Positions 39,597 through 53,840 of a stretch of DNA of 64,000 nucleotides are shown here, piece after piece. A program made the translations under genes and the position numbers. Numbering within the stretch: the first letter of the stretch is position 1; every line of letters begins with the position of its first letter. The notes beneath the pieces are model-generated. The model did not search any database and had not been told where the DNA came from. It was given only the letters and a program-made list of their open reading frames with translations. Origin of the DNA: an uncultured Pseudomonadota bacterium (GTDB lineage Bacteria > Pseudomonadota > Alphaproteobacteria > JACZXZ01); assembly GCA_963749075.1 (NCBI GenBank), contig CAVVLJ010000021.1, positions 384,001-448,000 of the forward strand, written 5' to 3'.

Positions 39597-40274
39597 TTAC
39601 GCAAGCGCGATCGGCCGCTCCGGGAAGGCGAGTTGCTCGCGGTCGCGCCAATCCGGCCGGACGTAATTGATTTCCATGAGGCGGCGGACGCCGACGATCG
39701 GGCGCGGATCGAAGCCGTGCCAGGTCGCCGGCCCGGGAACGAATATGACGCCGCTGTTGAACTCTCCCGAAGACCGGCCGATCCAGCGGCGCTCCGCGTC
39801 GTAGATGTCGGTGCCCCAGTCCTTGGCGTCGGGGCCGGTGCAGAGATAGACGACCATCGAGAACAGCTTTTCCGGAATGTCGCGGTGCGGCTCGAGCCAG
39901 GCGCCGTCGGTGTCCTGAATGTATTCCATCCTGAGAAAGCCGCCCTCGGCGGGAATCTCGCAGGTCTCCGCCATCAGCCGCGCGACCTCCGGGCGCTGCA
40001 AGGCATCGGAAAGCACCGCGCAGGTCGGGAACTTCGAGCGCAGCAACGGCGTGATGAAAGAGCGCTGTTCGTTGTAGGTGTTGCGCGTCCCATCGGTCTT
40101 GCCAAGCTGGGGCGGAGCGATCGGCAGCGTGAGGACGCCGGTGCAGAGTGTCTCCGGGAGCACGTTGGCCAGTTTCCAATGGCGATAGGGCCGGTCGTCG
40201 CGGCGCGCGCGGCGCACGGCTTGGCTGAAATGGCGGGCCACCTCGGCCTCGTCGGGGATCGGCGGATAGGCCAT
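39597..40274 (-). CDS. 2OG-Fe(II) oxygenase family protein
   Basis: WLEPHRD (HxD), TWHGF, RRL...NY facial-triad and 2OG-binding pattern. Confidence 0.85.
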   Translation of the reverse strand: MAYPPIPDEAEVARHFSQAVRRARRDDRPYRHWKLANVLPETLCTGVLTLPIAPPQLGKTDGTRNTYNEQRSFITPLLRSKFPTCAVLSDALQRPEVARLMAETCEIPAEGGFLRMEYIQDTDGAWLEPHRDIPEKLFSMVVYLCTGPDAKDWGTDIYDAERRWIGRSSGEFNSGVIFVPGPATWHGFDPRPIVGVRRLMEINYVRPDWRDREQLAFPERPIALA

Positions 40275-40358
40275 GGCTCGTCTCCTCTTCCGCGTTGGCT
40301 CTTGGCACGCCCGCCGTGCCCGCTCCATCCACATCCGCCGGAACGCCAAAGGCCGGCA

Positions 40359-40372
40359 TTGATCTGGATCAA
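40359..40372. promoter_or_regulatory. FNR/FixK box
   Basis: TTGAT-CTGG-ATCAA, ~85 bp upstream of the oxygenase ATG. Confidence 0.85.
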
Positions 40373-40569
40373 AAACGCCGGCTGGCAGCGCTGCGGCAAA
40401 TGCGCCGACCGGCCGGTCGCCCCGATAGCCGCGCGGTCAGCCGCCCCGAATTGCCGCGCGGGCGATTTGGTCGAATGAGCTGTTCGGGAAACGGCCGCAT
40501 GGCTTCGGGAGGAGCTTTCGCGCAAACCCATACGCGGTAAGATGACCGCTCCAGCGACGGAGTGCCGCG

Positions 40570-41784
40570 ATGGCGAAAGTGAGAGTGGGCCTGGTCGGAT
40601 GCGGTTTTGCCGCCGAATTGCACATGTATGCCTATAAGCGGGTCTATGGACTCGAGGCGGAAGTGATCGCGGTTGCCGCGCGCGGCGGCCATGTCCTCGA
40701 TTTCGCCAAGAGGCACCAGATCCGCGCGACCTGTCGCGATCTCCGCTCCCTGCTCGCCGACAAGAAGATCGACGTCGTCGACATCTGCACGCCGCCCGCC
40801 CTGCACGCGGCGATGATCGTCGAGGCCGTGCAGGCGGGAAAGCATGTCATCTGCGAGAAGCCGTTCACCGGATATTTCGGGCGCAGCGACGACGGGAACC
40901 GGACGCCGATCGGCAAGCACGTGGCGAAATCGCTGATGTACGAGCGCGTCATGGAGGAGATGGACAGGACTTGCGCCGCCGTCGAATCGAGCGGCTGTCT
41001 TTTCATGTACGCGGAGGATTGGATCTATGCCCCGGCGGTGGCCAAAACCGTTGAGATACTGAAGGCCACGAAGGATAAGATCCTGTTCATGAAGGCCGAG
41101 GAGAGCCACAGCGGATCGCACGCCGCCCATGCCGCCCAGTGGTCGATGACGGGCGGCGGGTCGCTCATCCGCATGGGGTGCCACCCGCTCTCGACCGTGC
41201 TCTATCTGAAGCAGGTGGAGGCGCAAGCGCGCGGCGAGCGGATTACGGTGTCGGCCGTGACCGCCGATGTCGGCAATGTCGCGGCTTGCCTGCCGCCGCA
41301 AGAGCGGACCTATATCAAGGCCAATCCCGTCGACGTCGAGGATTGGGGGATGCTCACGCTCACCTTCTCGGACGGCACGAAGAGCACGGTATTCTCCGGC
41401 GACATGATCATGGGCGGGGTGCGCAATGTCGTCGAGACATATACGAGCGGCGGCTCGCTCCTCGCGAACATCACGCCCAACAACCATCTGACGAGCTATT
41501 TGACCGACGAGGAGAAACTCACGGGCGTCTACATCACGGAGAAAGTCGATCGCAAGACGGGCTGGCAGTTCGTCTGCCTCGAAGAGGAGTGGACGAGGGG
41601 CTACTTGCAGGAGATTCAAGATTTCATGGAATGCGTGTCCTTGGGCCGGCAGCCCCGGGCCGATCTTGGCCTGGCCCGCGAAACCACGAAGGTCAACTAC
41701 GCCGGCTACTGGTCGGCCGAGGAAGGGCGGCGGATCGCTTTCAAGAGCGATCCAAGCGCACCAGGAGCAAGCATGACGGGCTGA
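40570..41784 (+). CDS. Gfo/Idh/MocA oxidoreductase
   Basis: GLVGCGF, DVVDICTP, GKHVICEKP. Confidence 0.92.
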   Translation: MAKVRVGLVGCGFAAELHMYAYKRVYGLEAEVIAVAARGGHVLDFAKRHQIRATCRDLRSLLADKKIDVVDICTPPALHAAMIVEAVQAGKHVICEKPFTGYFGRSDDGNRTPIGKHVAKSLMYERVMEEMDRTCAAVESSGCLFMYAEDWIYAPAVAKTVEILKATKDKILFMKAEESHSGSHAAHAAQWSMTGGGSLIRMGCHPLSTVLYLKQVEAQARGERITVSAVTADVGNVAACLPPQERTYIKANPVDVEDWGMLTLTFSDGTKSTVFSGDMIMGGVRNVVETYTSGGSLLANITPNNHLTSYLTDEEKLTGVYITEKVDRKTGWQFVCLEEEWTRGYLQEIQDFMECVSLGRQPRADLGLARETTKVNYAGYWSAEEGRRIAFKSDPSAPGASMTG

Positions 41785-41812
41785 AAACGTTCGACCCATG
41801 GAGGATCCAAGC

Positions 41813-42094
41813 ATGAAGGCAATCCTGAAAGGCCACGTGATCGCCGAGAGCGACGACATGGTCGAATGCGGCGGTTACCAATATTTCCCGCGCTCCGCGG
41901 TATGCATGGACTGGCTGGAGAAAGCCGAGAAGACGGAGTCGGACCGCGCCTGCCCGCACGGCGTCCAGTTCTACGACGTGGTGATCGGCGGCGCGCGTCA
42001 CGAGCGCACCGCCTGGTCCTACGAAGCGCCCCGCCCGGCCATGCGGCAAGTCGCCGGCCGCTTCGGCTTCTGGGAAGAGGTCGAGGTGAGCTGA
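41813..42094 (+). CDS. DUF427 family protein
   Basis: VIAESDD...YFP...CP..FYDV...AWSYEAP. Confidence 0.85.
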   Translation: MKAILKGHVIAESDDMVECGGYQYFPRSAVCMDWLEKAEKTESDRACPHGVQFYDVVIGGARHERTAWSYEAPRPAMRQVAGRFGFWEEVEVS

Positions 42095-42197
42095 GCATGA
42101 TCCGGTCAGGTTGAGACGCCCGGCGTCACCCCCGCGAAAGCGCTTGCGGATGCACACATCTTGAGGGGCTTTTGAGGGGCCTTGCAGGTCCGCCGCG

Positions 42198-42329
42198 GGT
42201 CCTTCGAGACGCGCCCCTTCGGGGCGCTCCTCAGGATGAGGAAATTTGGTGGGTGGCAGAAAGACTTAACCTCATCCTGAGGAGCGAGCGCAGCGAGCGT
42301 CTCGAAGGACGCATAGCCGCCGGTCCGAT
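42198..42329. repeat. Repeat family B copy
   Basis: TCCTTCGAGACGCGCCCCTTCGGGGCGCTCCTCAGGATGAG...CTCATCCTGAGGAGCGAGCGCAGCGAGCGTCTCGAAGGAC. Confidence 0.85.
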
Positions 42330-42546
42330 AGTGCAACGCCATGATGAGACAGCGATACGCACACTTGCGTGCATCCCGTAGCGCGAAAGCGAGGGGCCAG
42401 GCGCTGCTGGCGTTCCGATTTCGCGGGCTTAACGAGATGAATGTCCGCCTCGATTTGGCCGGATCACGCTCTGAGGTGCGACGAACGGAGCGCCTGATTT
42501 GCCTCGACGGCGCGGCGCGGCGATGGCCGGCCGCGATCGGTGCCGA

Positions 42547-43353
42547 TTATGAGCGCGTGCCCCGAGTGAGTCCCCTCACGAAGATCGCCATCGCCTGGAG
42601 CGTCTCCTCCCGCTGGTCGCGGTGGGGCGCGTGGCCGCAGCGCGGGAAGAGCACGCACTCGATCGGGGACGTGAGCTGGCGCGCGATGCGCTGCATCTGC
42701 GCCGAGGTGCCGTACTCGTCGTCCTCGCCCTGGATGACGAGAGTCGGCACCGTGATGGCGGGGAGGAACGCCTCGAGGTTCCAGTCGCGGAAGGCGGGAT
42801 CGAGCCAGCTGTCGGCCCAGCCGTAGAAGGCGCCGTCGACGTTGGGCCCGTGGTGGCGCAGCAGGCGCTCGCGCAGATCCGTTGTGCGGTAGCTCTCGCG
42901 CGTGCGCGCGATCGAGGCGAGCGAGAGCTCCTCGACGAAGACGTGGGGCGCTTCGAGCACGAGGCCGCGCAAGCGCCGGCCGTCTTCCCCCGCATAGACG
43001 AGGGCGATCGAGGCGCCATCGGAATGGCCGACGAGGACGGCCTCCTCGATGCCCGCGGCGGCGAGGAGTGCTGGAAGGGCGCCGCGTGCCTCGTCGTGCA
43101 TGAAGCTCAAGGGCCGCGGCAGGGAGACGGGATCGGAGCGGCCGTAGCCCTGCCGGCTATAGGCGAGCCCCGGGCAGCCCGTGGCGTCGGCGAGCGCCTG
43201 GGGAAAATCGCGCCACTGGCTGACCGAGCCGAGGCCCTCGTGGAGGAAGACGAGCGTCGGCCTCAGCCGAACGCTGCCGCCGATCGCGCGCTCTTGGCGC
43301 GGCTGGTAGTGCTCCACCTCGAGGCGGACGCCGGCTACGTCGAGGAGCGTCAT
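42547..43353 (-). CDS. Alpha/beta hydrolase of the box cluster
   Basis: LHEGLGS, GHSDG, GEDDEYG, GHAPH. Confidence 0.9.
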   Translation of the reverse strand: MTLLDVAGVRLEVEHYQPRQERAIGGSVRLRPTLVFLHEGLGSVSQWRDFPQALADATGCPGLAYSRQGYGRSDPVSLPRPLSFMHDEARGALPALLAAAGIEEAVLVGHSDGASIALVYAGEDGRRLRGLVLEAPHVFVEELSLASIARTRESYRTTDLRERLLRHHGPNVDGAFYGWADSWLDPAFRDWNLEAFLPAITVPTLVIQGEDDEYGTSAQMQRIARQLTSPIECVLFPRCGHAPHRDQREETLQAMAIFVRGLTRGTRS

Positions 43354-43375
43354 GGCGAGCGGGCCCCGCCCATGC

Positions 43376-44953
43376 CTATCTCAGCTTGAAGCGCTGGATC
43401 TTGCCCGTCGCGGTCTTGGGCAGCTCGGGAAGGAATTCGACCCAGCGCGGATATTTGTAAGCGGCGAGCTTCGCGCGCACGTGCGCCTTGAGCGCTTCCG
43501 CTAACGCCTCCGAGGGCTCGATACCCTCCTTGAGCACCACGAAGGCCTTCGGCTTGACGAGCTGGCTCAAGTCCTCGTGGCCGACCACCGCCGCCTCGAG
43601 CACCGCCTCGTGGCTCGCCAGGGCCGCCTCGACCTCGAAGGGCGAGACGAAGATGCCGCCGACCTTGAGCATGTCGTCGGAGCGGCCTTGGTAGCGATAG
43701 AAGCCCTCGCCGTCGACGAGATACTTGTCGCCGGTCTTGGTCCAGCGCCCGTGGAAGGACTCGAGGCTGCGCGCCCGGTCGCTCCAGTACATGATGGCGC
43801 TCGTCGGCCCGCTCACGTAGAGATCGCCGATGGCACCCTCCTTGACGGGCAGCCCGTCGTCGCCGAGGAGCTTGAGCTCGTAGCCCGGCACCGGCTTCCC
43901 CGTGCTGCCGTAGCAGAGCTCGCCGGGGCGGTTCGAGATGAAGATGTGCGCCATCTCGGTCGAGCCGATGCCGTCGAGGATCTCGACGCCGACATGGGCC
44001 TGCCAGCGCTTGGCGATGTCCTCGGGCAGCGCCTCGCCCGCCGAGACGCAGGCGCGCAGCGCATGCTCGCCCTTCTTCGGCAGCCGCGGGTCGGTCAGAA
44101 GGGCGGCATAGAGCGTGGGCACGCCGAAGAAGAGGGTGGGGCGCTCCTCGACGAGGCGCTTGATGACCGACTGGGGCGTCGGCCGCTCGGCCATGAGCAC
44201 GGCCCTGGCCCCCACGCGCAAGGGGAAATACATCGCATTGCCGAGGCCGTAGGCGAAGAAGAGCTTGGCCGCCGAGAACAGCACGTCGTCCTCGCGCAAG
44301 TCCAGGATGGGGAGGGCATAGAGCTCGCTCGCCTGCACCATGTCGCCCTGGAGATGCACGGCCGCCTTGGACCGTCCGGTCGAGCCCGAGGTGTAGAGCC
44401 AGAAGGCGATGTCGTCGGGCAGCGTCGCCGCCGCCTCGAGCGCGGGCGAGGCCGCGGCCATGAGCTCCGAGAGGAGCGGCCGGCCGTGGCCGCTGCCGCC
44501 GTCGACCACCACGCGCTCGAGGAAGGGCTGGGCGGGGAGCACGGGCGCCACCTTCTCGTAGAGTGCCGCCGAGACGACGAGGAGCCGCGCGCGGCTGTGG
44601 CGCAGCATGAAGTCGTAGTCCGCCGCGGTGAGGAGCGTATTGAGCGGCACCGGCACGGCGCCCGTCTTGATCGCCCCGAAGAACACGGCGGGGAAGGCGG
44701 CGCCGTCGAGCATGAGCATGAGGACGCGCTCCTCGGCGCGGAGCCCGAGGGCGCGCATCGCGTTGCCCGCGCGGTTCACGCCTTCCGCGAGCTCGGCGTA
44801 GCTCACGCGGCCGTTGTCGTCGGAGAGGGCCGTCTTGTCCCCGCGGCCCTCGACGAGGTGGCGGTCGATGAAGTCGACGGCCGCGTTGTAGGGCCGCGGC
44901 AGCTCGAGCCGCGGCGGCGAGAACGAGCGGTCGACGCGGGTGAAGGGCGACAC
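43376..44953 (-). CDS. Benzoate-CoA ligase
   Basis: FWLYTSGSTG, AAKLFFAYGLGN, DGIGSTEMAH; GTG start; inside the box cluster. Confidence 0.92.
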   Translation of the reverse strand: MSPFTRVDRSFSPPRLELPRPYNAAVDFIDRHLVEGRGDKTALSDDNGRVSYAELAEGVNRAGNAMRALGLRAEERVLMLMLDGAAFPAVFFGAIKTGAVPVPLNTLLTAADYDFMLRHSRARLLVVSAALYEKVAPVLPAQPFLERVVVDGGSGHGRPLLSELMAAASPALEAAATLPDDIAFWLYTSGSTGRSKAAVHLQGDMVQASELYALPILDLREDDVLFSAAKLFFAYGLGNAMYFPLRVGARAVLMAERPTPQSVIKRLVEERPTLFFGVPTLYAALLTDPRLPKKGEHALRACVSAGEALPEDIAKRWQAHVGVEILDGIGSTEMAHIFISNRPGELCYGSTGKPVPGYELKLLGDDGLPVKEGAIGDLYVSGPTSAIMYWSDRARSLESFHGRWTKTGDKYLVDGEGFYRYQGRSDDMLKVGGIFVSPFEVEAALASHEAVLEAAVVGHEDLSQLVKPKAFVVLKEGIEPSEALAEALKAHVRAKLAAYKYPRWVEFLPELPKTATGKIQRFKLR

Positions 44954-44961
44954 CGAGCGCC

Positions 44962-45429
44962 TCAGCCCTTGGTGAACTCGATGGCGCCGCCCGGCAGGAG
45001 ATAAAGGACGAGCGCCCGTCCCTTGCTCACGGTCGGATGATGCGCGGTGCCGGGCCCGTAGACGCACCAGCCGGCGCCATGGCCGTCGAACTCGGCGCCC
45101 GCGTCGAGCGGCATGATCATGTCGATCTCGCCTTGCGGGTGGCGGTGATGGGGGCCCTTCACGTCGGCCATGTCGACCACGTCGATGCTGAAGCCGCCGA
45201 GTGCCTCGGACGGCTTGGCGACGCGGCCGTACTTGATGCCGCCCGCCTCGCGGTTGCACATCCAGCCCTCCGCGATCGCCTCGTGGCAGGCCGCCTGGAT
45301 CTCCTTGAACGCGGCACCCGTGGCGGGGAAGCGGGCGTTGAGCTCGGCCGCCAGCGCCGCGTCGAGCGGCTTCTCGGCGATCGCGCGGGCGATCCCGGAA
45401 AGCAAGGATTCGAAGGCTTCGCGGCTCAT
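44962..45429 (-). CDS. DUF4863 / 4-hydroxylaminobenzoate lyase-like cupin
   Basis: GIKYGRV, GPHHRHPQGEID, AHHPTV, YLLPGG. Confidence 0.82.
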   Translation of the reverse strand: MSREAFESLLSGIARAIAEKPLDAALAAELNARFPATGAAFKEIQAACHEAIAEGWMCNREAGGIKYGRVAKPSEALGGFSIDVVDMADVKGPHHRHPQGEIDMIMPLDAGAEFDGHGAGWCVYGPGTAHHPTVSKGRALVLYLLPGGAIEFTKG

Positions 45430-45473
45430 CTTGCAGCGTCTCCCTGTGTGGCCTCTTTGCGGGCCGGTGCGGC

Positions 45474-45944
45474 CTACGCGGCCTCGCTCAAGCGTGCGGC
45501 CAGCGCCTCGATCCAGGCCTCCGCCCAGGCCACGCCCGCCTCCTCGGGCACGGTGCCGGCGCTCGCGTCATGCCGCATCATAGCGCCGATGCGCTCGGCG
45601 TGAAGGCCCGAGAGCAGCTCGTCGAAGCGCTCGCCGCCGTGGCAGAAGGTCTCCTTGTAGGTGCGGTCGCCGAGCGCCAGCACGCCGTAGCGCACGCCCG
45701 CGAGGTCGGGCCGCCGCACCTCGAGATCGCCATAGAGCGCCATGGCGTTGTCGGGCACGTCGCCCTGCCCGTAAGTCGAGGTGCAGATGAGGTAGCAGCG
45801 GCCGGGCTCGAATACGCCGGCGTCGAGCGCGTCCATCGCCCGGATGTCGATGGCATGGCCCTTGGCGGCAAGCGCATCCCGCACCTCCTCGGCAACCAGT
45901 TCGGCGGTGCCGGTCATGGTGCCGACCAATATGGTCACCGACAT
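45474..45944 (-). CDS. Flavodoxin-like protein
   Basis: GTMTGTAE, CTSTYGQGDVPDN, ALGDRTY..FC. Confidence 0.9.
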   Translation of the reverse strand: MSVTILVGTMTGTAELVAEEVRDALAAKGHAIDIRAMDALDAGVFEPGRCYLICTSTYGQGDVPDNAMALYGDLEVRRPDLAGVRYGVLALGDRTYKETFCHGGERFDELLSGLHAERIGAMMRHDASAGTVPEEAGVAWAEAWIEALAARLSEAA

Positions 45945-46087
45945 GCGCAGCGGCCCCTCCCCAAAGTGCACGTCCCGCCGCGGGACGTGCGACCCTAGTG
46001 CATTTCGCGGCCCGATGACAAGCAATATATTGCATGTTAGGGGGCACGCAGTGTAGGCTTGCGCTTATGACATCTGGACGCATGGGG

Positions 46088-46186
46088 CACCCTCCTCCCT
46101 ACCCTCCCCCTCAAGGGGGGAGGGGGTGCGAGGGGGTACAATGACTTCCCCCTCCCCCTTGAAGGGGGAGGGTTGGGGTGGGGGTG
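46088..46186. repeat. Repeat family A copy
   Basis: Near-identical arms to the copy at 62092, including the flanking tail CGCTCAAATTCG(T/C)GAGA. Confidence 0.85.
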
Positions 46187-46239
46187 GCGCTCAAATTCGT
46201 GAGATCTGGCTCTACCCTTGTCAGGCGGGACGGCGGGCC

Positions 46240-47157
46240 ATGGCGCGCGCAAGGACGCTCGAGCGGGAGAAGAAAAAGGAGAAGGACGGTGCTGCCGAGA
46301 GCAGTGCCGCCTATCTGAAGCGCCTGGGCGGGCGCGTGCGCCACGCGCGCGCGCGGCGCGGCATCTCGCGCAAGATCCTCGCCCATGATTCCGGCGTCTC
46401 GGAGCGCTACCTCGCCCAGCTCGAGAGCGGCCAGGGCAATGTCTCCATTCTCCTGCTGCGCCAGATCGCCCAGGCCATGGGCCTGCCGCTCGCCGATCTC
46501 GCGCGCGACGGACCGGAGCGCGCCGTCGAGTTCGCGCTCGTGCGCCAGCTCCTCGAGCGCCTCTCGGCGGACGAGCTCGGCCAGGTGCTGAGCCTGCTGC
46601 GCGCGCGTTTTGCCCAGGCGCTCGACGGCCAGCGTGCCGGGCGCATCGCCCTCATCGGCCTGCGCGGCGCCGGCAAAAGCACGCTCGGCCGCCGCCTGGC
46701 CGGCCATCTCGGCGTCCCCTTCCTCGATCTCGGCGTTGAGATCGAGAACCTCTCCGGCATCAGCCTCAGCGAGATCTTCTCGCTCTCGGGCCAGGCCACC
46801 TACCGCCGCCTCGAGCGGCGCGCCCTCGAGCGCCTGGTGGAGAGCCACGAGCGCGCGGTGATCGAGACCGGCGGCAGCCTCGTCTCCGAGCCGGGCACCT
46901 ACGAGCTCTTGCTCGGCAGCTGCTACACCGTTTGGCTGCGCGCCGCCCCCGAGGAGCATATGAGCCGCGTGCTCGCGCAGGGCGATTACCGGCCGGTGGC
47001 AGGCAATGCCGAGGCGATGGACGACCTGCGCAGCATCCTCCTCGAGCGCGAGCCGCTCTACGCCCAGGCGGACGCCGTGGTGGACACGGCCGGCCGCAGC
47101 GCCGCCGAGAGCTTCAAGGAGCTTCTCGCAAGCCTTCCGGGATGGAACGCGAAATAA
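46240..47157 (+). CDS. boxR: XRE-HTH + shikimate-kinase-like regulator (BoxR/BzdR family)
   Basis: SGVSERYLAQLESGQGN HTH plus GLRGAGKST kinase-like domain; located in the box cluster. Confidence 0.9.
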   Translation: MARARTLEREKKKEKDGAAESSAAYLKRLGGRVRHARARRGISRKILAHDSGVSERYLAQLESGQGNVSILLLRQIAQAMGLPLADLARDGPERAVEFALVRQLLERLSADELGQVLSLLRARFAQALDGQRAGRIALIGLRGAGKSTLGRRLAGHLGVPFLDLGVEIENLSGISLSEIFSLSGQATYRRLERRALERLVESHERAVIETGGSLVSEPGTYELLLGSCYTVWLRAAPEEHMSRVLAQGDYRPVAGNAEAMDDLRSILLEREPLYAQADAVVDTAGRSAAESFKELLASLPGWNAK

Positions 47158-47220
47158 TTCTTGCGTGAGCTGAAGTATGAACTAAAGTGCCGATCTCGGC
47201 GCGGCTGCCGCGAGGAGGCC

Positions 47221-48870
<1,650 letters not shown>

Positions 48871-48887
48871 GGGAGATGAAGGGTCTT

Positions 48888-48976
48888 AGCGCAGGGGACG
48901 CGGAGGTTTCGCGGAGGACGCGGAGAGTAGCGCTCTTCCTCCGCGCCCCCTGTGCATCCTCCGCGACCTCTGCGCT
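48888..48976. repeat. Inverted repeat of tandem CGCGGAGG-like units (family D-like)
   Basis: AGCGCAGGGGACGCGGAGGTTTCGCGGAGGACGCGGAGAG ... CTCCGCGCCCCCTGTGCATCCTCCGCGACCTCTGCGCT. Confidence 0.75.
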
Positions 48977-49012
48977 GACGATTTCTTCCCGATCGATGAG
49001 GAGTGCGACGCC

Positions 49013-50435
49013 ATGACGATCGACTATGCGGAGCGCATCCCGAACAACGTGCATCTCGCCGACGACCGCCGGCTGCAGCGCGCGCTCGAGGCCTGGCAGC
49101 CGCACTTCCTCGAGTGGTGGAAGGCGCTCGGCCCCGAGGGCTATCAGGCCAAGGACGTTCTATCTGCGCACCGCCACCTCGGTCGACGCCAAGGGCTGGG
49201 CGAGCTACGGCATGGTCAAGATGCCGGAGTACCGCTGGGGCATCTTCTTGGCCGACCCCGAAGCCGAGCGCAAGATCGGCTTCGGCGACTTCATGGGCGC
49301 GCCCGCCTGGCAGGAGGTGCCCGGCGAGTTCCGCGCCACCTTGCGCCGGCTCATCGTGACGCAGGGCGACACCGAGCCCGCCTCGGTCGAGCAGCAGCGC
49401 CGGCTCGGCCAGACCTGCCCCTCGCTCTACGACCTGCGCAACCTCTTCCAGGTCAACGTCGAGGAGGGCCGCCACCTCTGGGCCATGGTCTATCTCCTCC
49501 ACGCCTATTTCGGCCGCGACGGCCGCGAGGAGGCCGAGGCGCTCCTCAAGCGCCATTCGGGCGATCCCGACAATCCGCGCATCCTCAGCACCTTCAACGA
49601 GCCGATCGGCGACTGGATGTCCTTCTTCTGCTTCTGCTACTTCACCGATCGCGACGGCAAGTACCAGCTGAAGTGCCTGGCCGAGAGCGCCTTCGATCCC
49701 TTGGCGCGCACCTGCCGCTTCATGCTGACCGAGGAGGCCCACCACATGTTCGTGGGCGAGACCGGCATCGGCCGCGTCATCCGCCGCGCCCTCGAGGTCA
49801 TGGCCGAGCTCGGCACGGACGAGCCCGAGCGCATCCGCGCGCACGGCGCCATCGACCTCGCGACCGTGCAGCGCTACATCAATTTCTGGTGCTCCTCCTG
49901 CCTCGACCTCTTCGGCTCCGAGGTCTCGACCAACGCTGCGGGCTATTTCGCGAACGGCCTCAAGGGCCGGCCCGACGAGGCGAATTACGAGGACCACCGC
50001 TGCTCGGACAGCGTCTTCGCCATGGAGAAGCCCAAAGGCGAGGGCGCCATCGCAGCGGAAGAGGTGCCGCTCAGGAACGCCATGAACGAGATCGTGCGCC
50101 GCGCCTATCTCAAGGACTGCGACATCGGCGTGCAGCGCTGGAACCGCCTCATCAGGAAGGCGGGCGTGAATGTCGAGCTCAAGCTCCCGAGCGAGCGCTT
50201 CCGCCGCGGGGTCGGCGTCTGGGCCGGCTGGCATTTCGATCCGGCCGGCAACCCGCTCGCGGCCGAGGAATGGCAGAGCCGTCTTCCCGAATGGCTCCCG
50301 GGCGAGGCGGACCGGGCCTTCATCCAGAGCCTCATGCGGCCGGTCAACGAGCCGGGCAAGATGGCGGCGTGGCTTGCCCCGCCCGAGCGCGGCATCAACA
50401 ACCTGTCGGTCGCCTACGAATACGTGCGGCTGTAG
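49013..50435 (+). CDS. boxB: Benzoyl-CoA 2,3-epoxidase subunit B; apparent +1 frameshift at ~49158
   Basis: IPNNV..WQP..WW N-terminus joins YLRTA..QGDTEPASVEQQ..EEGRHLW..EEAHH if GTTC is read as GTC. Confidence 0.93.
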
Positions 50436-50470
50436 TCCCGCCCATCGCGGACGCTTGCAGGGCTGCCGTG

Positions 50471-50600
50471 GGTCCTTCGAGACGCGCCCCTTCGGGGCGC
50501 TCCTCAGGATGAGTTCAATTCGAGTGTGGCAGAAACATTTAAGCTCATCCTGAGGAGCGAGCGCAGCGAGCGTCTCGAAGGACCCCCGCACTCAGTCCGA
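50471..50600. repeat. Repeat family B copy
   Basis: Same orientation and spacer type as the copies at 10731 and 42198. Confidence 0.85.
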
Positions 50601-50775
50601 GGCGCCCGAGCGCATCGCAGTCCGGTCGAGCGGCATAAGCGCCGGCCACAATTAAATCACGCGCCGCGGGGCTTCAAACGCCCGCCAATGGTGCTATAAC
50701 CCTCGCTTCCCCACGAGACGCCCGTCCCGGCCTGCGGGCGGCGCCTTAGCAATCGCCAGTCGCAGGAGACTCCCC

Positions 50776-53469
<2,694 letters not shown>

Positions 53470-53490
53470 GGGCGACTTCCGGTCGGGCCA

Positions 53491-53684
53491 TCCTTCGAGA
53501 CGCGCCCCCCGGCGCGCCAAGCGCGCCTCTCTTGCATCATGCAAGAGAGCGGGCCTTCGGCCCGCGGGGCGCTCCTCAGGATGAGAAGAATTTGTCTGTG
53601 GCATAAAGACTTAACCCCCGGGACGAAGTGCCCGGGGGAGCGGGCGCAGCGCGCGTCTCGAAGGACGCACCGCGGACAGTCCGA
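53491..53684. repeat. Repeat family B copy with extra hairpins inserted in the left arm
   Basis: TCCTTCGAGACGCGCCCC[GGCGCGCCAAGCGCGCC, TCTCTTGCATCATGCAAGAGA, GCGGGCCTTCGGCCCGC]GGGGCGCTCCTCAGGATGAG. Confidence 0.8.
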
Positions 53685-53840
53685 GGCCCTGTGCATCGAA
53701 TGGCCCGATGCTGGCGAGGGTTGGGCGAAGGTTGCGGGTTCGTAATCCGGCATTCTAGGCGTGCTTTGCCAAATCGCTCGTTCCATTGACATCGGACTTC
53801 CGAAGGCTGTATTCCAAAACGGACGCTTTCCGGGGGCATC

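Noticed and set aside
45960-46040. TGCA-containing motifs as a BoxR operator
   Set aside because: AGCAATATATTGCA is suggestive, but the motif is too degenerate to call from sequence alone.
46126-46240. N-terminal extensions and short ORFs containing PSPLKGEGWGGG or ILRSAPKGRVSKD peptides
   Set aside because: These are translations of intergenic repeats A and B rather than real coding sequence; downstream starts were used.
49150-49165. Programmed ribosomal frameshift in boxB
   Set aside because: No slippery heptamer or stimulator; the same indel signature in two unrelated genes favours sequencing error.
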